From positions 124,001-188,000 of the forward strand of contig JAQGDQ010000053.1 in the NCBI GenBank assembly GCA_030141605.1: 64,000 nucleotides of DNA, given 5' to 3'. This DNA is from Tubiluchus corallicola (lineage: Eukaryota; Animalia; Priapulida). Below the pieces are notes generated by a model. That model saw only the letters and a program-made list of their open reading frames with translations, ran no database searches and was not told the origin of the DNA. Shown here one piece after another: positions 62,901 through 64,000 of this stretch (its first letter is position 1; each line of letters starts with the position of its first letter). The translations under genes and the position numbers were made by a program.

Positions 62901-64000
62901 GGCAAGAATCATTAGGAGTTTGAAAAAGAGGTTCTGGACTATGCTCAGTAATGGTTATGATAGGATGAGTTTCATTTGAAACAACTGACTGCTTCTTCAC
63001 ACTGGCATCCGAGCCTTGGTCAAGCTTAGAACTGGAACTTTTATGCAAGTGTGTGGGTTTTAAAACATCATCTTCAGGTGGCGCTGATGGTAGACTGCGT
63101 CGTCGCTCACCATCTTTGTGCTGCATTACCTGTAAAAAAAGTTCTCTTTAAGCACAATGTTCATCTTGAAAAAGGTGAGCTAAACCCGACCATGACACAG
63201 ATGATAAGGGACGTTTAAACAAATATGTGCTCCAGAACTTGTCTGTCATGCTTTCTGTTTCAAGACATTTTTATGAATTGTGTTGCATGTCGGCAATACT
63301 TACATATTGTTGCATTATGTGAAATGAAAGACGTCCACTGGTTTATCTTTTAAATTCTGTTGGCTAAGTATGGACTCCCAGTCTAGCCTGTTTTATGTTT
63401 ATGTTTAGATAGCGGGTCAATCTATGTCGAGCATTGAGCTAACAGTTAAACATAAGTTTGCGAAAAATGCTTGAAAATCCAGAAAATCCTATATATAGTT
63501 TAAAACAAAAGAATATGATTTAACAAATAAAGGCTGCAGAGGCCAAAAGCATGATCAATTAAAGTGTATGTACAACAAATGCCTAAACTATACTCCTAAG
63601 CAGGAATATAAATCAGTTAATATATCAACTTCAAACTGTTTTGAAATCACGCAATAAAACTACATAAAAATAACCAGTTAAACTGTTTTTTGCAAGTGGT
63701 TGATTAAATCCACTCATGGTTGAATTATTTTCCAGCTGTATTAATCCATTAATAAATCAAAGTAAATGCTAAGTTTCCTAAAAGTAGCTGTGTACTTTGA
63801 ATTGAATGCTAGATAAACTAAACTTTATTGAACAAACAAGTGAGACAATTAAATTAAAACGTACATTTTGGGGCTCCCTGTCTCTCATACTGCTTTCTAT
63901 CAATTTAGCAAGAGCTGATCGGGGACGAGAAGGCGGATCATAGATGTTGCTTTCCAGAGTAGCTGATGTTTCTGTTTCTTCAGGTTTTGCAAGAATCTTA
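17126..64000 (-). CDS. UNC80: Protein unc-80 homolog (NALCN channelosome subunit); 5'-partial, ~52 exons in window
   Basis: Diagnostic UNC80 peptides: LYCDVRQL..IREAHGGTFRRVALS, FKSLGCPHGCGEG, EAPVVARAALLLECA, CPFALKVIACQLLLEITTFLRET, VPPPNIDFTMPSP, LPAFPRKAL, FRRPRDTLL, RLADISHALLK. All junction phases are consistent; ends EDTCV*. Confidence 0.96.
17683..17806 (-). CDS. UNC80: UNC80 exon
   Basis: LQRQSAQSRKTFRR, phase 2-0. Confidence 0.85.
18230..18325 (-). CDS. UNC80: UNC80 exon
   Basis: SQRLDGNQ...YTRH, phase 2-2. Confidence 0.75.
19331..19478 (-). CDS. UNC80: UNC80 exon
   Basis: SSMTSSSFSRLTRKASLHHRRF, phase 1-2. Confidence 0.8.
21218..21478 (-). CDS. UNC80: UNC80 exon (alternative in-phase donor at 21305)
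   Basis: HSTASQGNSPP...RRTSLQEE, phase 1-1. Confidence 0.75.
22009..22149 (-). CDS. UNC80: UNC80 exon
   Basis: DYRPRTSTII...RTER, phase 1-1. Confidence 0.8.
22255..22318. repeat. (CA)n microsatellite
   Basis: Long CA run. Confidence 0.97.
22734..22899 (-). CDS. UNC80: UNC80 exon
   Basis: MMRIGCESEQEYYYQ...LREEL. Confidence 0.9.
22994..23852. mobile_element. Tc1/mariner (pogo-like) non-autonomous element
   Basis: TIR CAGTCAAATCTC.../...GAGGTTTGACTG with TA on both flanks. Confidence 0.85.
24104..24192 (-). CDS. UNC80: UNC80 exon
   Basis: GTSLWSFIDFIVTNRSPLFVMLVPFIQ. Confidence 0.9.
25424..25519 (-). CDS. UNC80: UNC80 exon
   Basis: LKVVITCFERELAAEW. Confidence 0.9.
25870..26070 (-). CDS. 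UNC80: UNC80 exon
   Basis: SPRIRHEDVVFTL...LFQISFL. Confidence 0.9.
26330..26453 (-). CDS. UNC80: UNC80 exon
   Basis: DQYPLDSLCGG...LLNLIIPVCLRSG. Confidence 0.9.
28523..28553. repeat. (TA)n microsatellite
   Basis: TA run. Confidence 0.95.
29166..30197. mobile_element. hAT-family non-autonomous element
   Basis: TIR CAGGGGTGTGCAAA/TTTACACACCCCTG; perfect 8-bp TSD ACTTACGT (29158-29165 and 30198-30205). Confidence 0.92.
29659..29804. repeat. Long palindrome (~64-bp arms) nested in the hAT element
   Basis: ttggtctgcccagtc...gacttggttattatacaa / ttgtaaaataaccaagtc...gactgggcagatcaa. Confidence 0.92.
31324..31596 (-). CDS. UNC80: UNC80 exon
   Basis: RNCDWEAAANLLKG...LVCMQIHVTG. Confidence 0.92.
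31889..32294 (+). mobile_element. TIR element with internal tRNA-like core; left TIR interrupted by a 160-bp copy of nearby intron DNA
   Basis: TIRs tgatggtacaaac(c/t)ca(a/c)aatt...ttttgatgctaaact; tRNA-like core at 32148-32215; 31910-32071 duplicates 31611-31777. Confidence 0.8.
32391..32594 (-). CDS. UNC80: UNC80 exon
   Basis: RLADISHALLKMSPYD...KPGLR. Confidence 0.92.
33384..33591 (-). CDS. UNC80: UNC80 exon with GC donor
   Basis: DFRRPRDTLL...LLDVKAHM|gcaagt. Confidence 0.9.
33667..34745. mobile_element. Mutator/Foldback-like non-autonomous element
   Basis: GG...CC ends, 9-bp TSD (g/a)atatttac, and inverted subterminal arrays of ~17-bp tttggacacaag units at both ends. Confidence 0.75.
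34877..35008 (-). CDS. UNC80: UNC80 exon
   Basis: NYSGPQRYID...EDMHI, phase 2-2. Confidence 0.85.
35929..35961. repeat. (TA)n(TG)n microsatellite
   Basis: Compound dinucleotide run. Confidence 0.9.
36137..36361 (-). CDS. UNC80: UNC80 probable cassette exon
   Basis: 225 nt, phase 2-2, open frame, ttttag acceptor and gtaagt donor. Confidence 0.6.
36600..36766 (-). CDS. UNC80: UNC80 exon
   Basis: TVLKAIIPYYL...CESFT. Confidence 0.9.
36895..37005 (-). CDS. UNC80: UNC80 exon
   Basis: DFCYEND...CVTVVAYAPES. Confidence 0.92.
37951..38124 (-). CDS. UNC80: UNC80 exon
   Basis: MFGSVAGILD...EKPLKTL. Confidence 0.92.
38324..38453 (-). CDS. UNC80: UNC80 exon with GC donor
   Basis: YLLIMPTLLRIY...LHRKPFLLQ|gcaagg. 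Confidence 0.9.
38660..38844 (-). CDS. UNC80: UNC80 exon
   Basis: LVSTLFKG...NGNLILHSED. Confidence 0.9.
38954..39106 (-). CDS. UNC80: UNC80 exon
   Basis: ELIKLPAFPRKALD. Confidence 0.92.
39194..39393 (-). CDS. UNC80: UNC80 exon
   Basis: QMHNPSAYVRDFYFFRRSFYP. Confidence 0.92.
39595..39691 (-). CDS. UNC80: UNC80 exon
   Basis: DTQFCQILQDSLDFF. Confidence 0.92.
39848..39946 (-). CDS. UNC80: UNC80 exon
   Basis: TANVPSAKKIVVHGP. Confidence 0.92.
40168..40320 (-). CDS. UNC80: UNC80 exon
   Basis: LGFIMF...FKDLKQTLKKEQCD. Confidence 0.92.
40816..41003 (-). CDS. UNC80: UNC80 exon
   Basis: VWNCLVDDPPLFFRHFLEKLT. Confidence 0.92.
41262..41405 (-). CDS. UNC80: UNC80 exon
   Basis: AQSLFPSCLCTAI. 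Confidence 0.92.
41495..41684 (-). CDS. UNC80: UNC80 exon
   Basis: RSYLTATKTRRKQQ...ASYEPSL. Confidence 0.92.
41860..42006 (-). CDS. UNC80: UNC80 exon
   Basis: VPPPNIDFTMPSP...DPPWMP. Confidence 0.92.
42105..42177 (-). CDS. UNC80: UNC80 exon
   Basis: FRILWNMRYQCWSQMEEGAHMIFK. Confidence 0.92.
42258..42366 (-). CDS. UNC80: UNC80 exon
   Basis: FILAAVKAPE...ERINAVF. Confidence 0.92.
43150..43288 (-). CDS. UNC80: UNC80 exon
   Basis: FHAPFSIIAK...AWELLL. Confidence 0.92.
43452..43673 (-). CDS. UNC80: UNC80 exon
   Basis: PGSPTRRRES...ILKYIKSQ. Confidence 0.9.
43799..43903 (-). CDS. UNC80: UNC80 exon
   Basis: DFLNEEIDD...RLHRK, phase 0-0. Confidence 0.85.
44090..44268. mobile_element. Internally deleted, foldback derivative of the tRNA-containing TIR element
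   Basis: Both arms match the family terminus (ccacaatt...ccaaa.tt.gaaacaggaaa) in inverted orientation; a B-box remnant ttcaaatcc lies in the spacer. Confidence 0.75.
44373..44504 (-). CDS. UNC80: UNC80 exon
   Basis: FACPHQYACHPDCYKRQSRSC...YGE. Confidence 0.92.
44616..44833 (-). CDS. UNC80: UNC80 exon
   Basis: FRRTESIKSRKVS...MPWIK. Confidence 0.9.
45361..45537 (-). CDS. UNC80: UNC80 exon
   Basis: RRVAQSRQKLLRR...SFRRRSLRLR. Confidence 0.88.
46474..46554 (-). CDS. UNC80: UNC80 probable cassette exon
   Basis: 81 nt, phase 1-1, GC-rich, ctacag acceptor and gtgagc donor. Confidence 0.55.
47188..47349 (-). CDS. UNC80: UNC80 exon
   Basis: GERRISF...DSIHSSNTTL. Confidence 0.88.
47885..48130 (-). 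CDS. UNC80: UNC80 exon
   Basis: CPFALKVIACQLLLEITTFLRET. Confidence 0.93.
48393..48787. mobile_element. Possible MITE
   Basis: Short inverted termini cataagtctgca / tgcggacttatg (11/12); no clear TSD. Confidence 0.4.
48908..49043 (-). CDS. UNC80: UNC80 exon
   Basis: AIGCRLEEIL...DDEENFLD. Confidence 0.92.
49333..49548 (-). CDS. UNC80: UNC80 exon
   Basis: EAPVVARAALLLECA...FYLWAE. Confidence 0.93.
49970..50151 (-). CDS. UNC80: UNC80 exon
   Basis: GMVRFSFLLETCQPGSIPD; acceptor may instead be 6 nt downstream (in phase). Confidence 0.9.
57101..57267. mobile_element. Small MITE
   Basis: Perfect 19-bp inverted repeat tagatgagtcttgcttaca / tgtaagcaagactcatcta, including possible TA TSD. Confidence 0.7.
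57697..57954 (-). CDS. UNC80: UNC80 exon
   Basis: SWLKSVK...FLRARK, phase 1-1. Confidence 0.85.
59208..59376 (-). CDS. UNC80: UNC80 exon
   Basis: VLSSSSLTGDESE...RFQL. Confidence 0.85.
61062..61191 (-). CDS. UNC80: UNC80 exon
   Basis: QSRSVEED...SLFRKKVHK. Confidence 0.82.
61354..61521 (-). CDS. UNC80: UNC80 exon
   Basis: ELKSPENMALYCDVRQL. Confidence 0.92.
61735..61900 (-). CDS. UNC80: UNC80 exon
   Basis: GYATNFG...GIEGRIV. Confidence 0.9.
62026..62267 (-). CDS. UNC80: UNC80 exon
   Basis: VFKSLGCPHGCGEGHRG. Confidence 0.93.
62477..63129 (-). CDS. UNC80: UNC80 exon
   Basis: LPRSLTDTNIKY...HNLCMDTLI. Confidence 0.92.
63865..64000 (-). CDS. UNC80: UNC80 exon (truncated by window edge)
   Basis: Open frame KILAKPEE...REPQN|gtacgt, phase 0 into the next exon. 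Confidence 0.75.

Overview
AT-rich, intron-rich genomic DNA from an invertebrate animal. It contains three genes. (1) The 3' coding end and 3'UTR of an unidentified + strand gene (1-~2650). (2) A complete cytosolic HSP90 gene on the + strand (8 coding exons, 4817-12313, 724 aa, ending MEEVD) behind a perfect four-unit heat-shock element. (3) The 3' ~52 exons of UNC-80, the NALCN channel subunit, on the - strand (17126->64000), convergent with HSP90; all splice phases were checked by hand and two introns are GC-AG. The most notable observations are: the last two HSP90 introns each carry a U17/snR30 (SNORA73)-type H/ACA snoRNA, and four more snoRNA-like candidates lie in other introns; and a family of inverted-repeat elements carries an internal tRNA-Thr(TGT)-like cloverleaf, with one near-intact copy just upstream of the HSE. 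Several MITEs (hAT, Tc1/mariner, Mutator-like) and a decayed LINE are also present. All homologies were recognised by eye from remembered family motifs; no database search was run.
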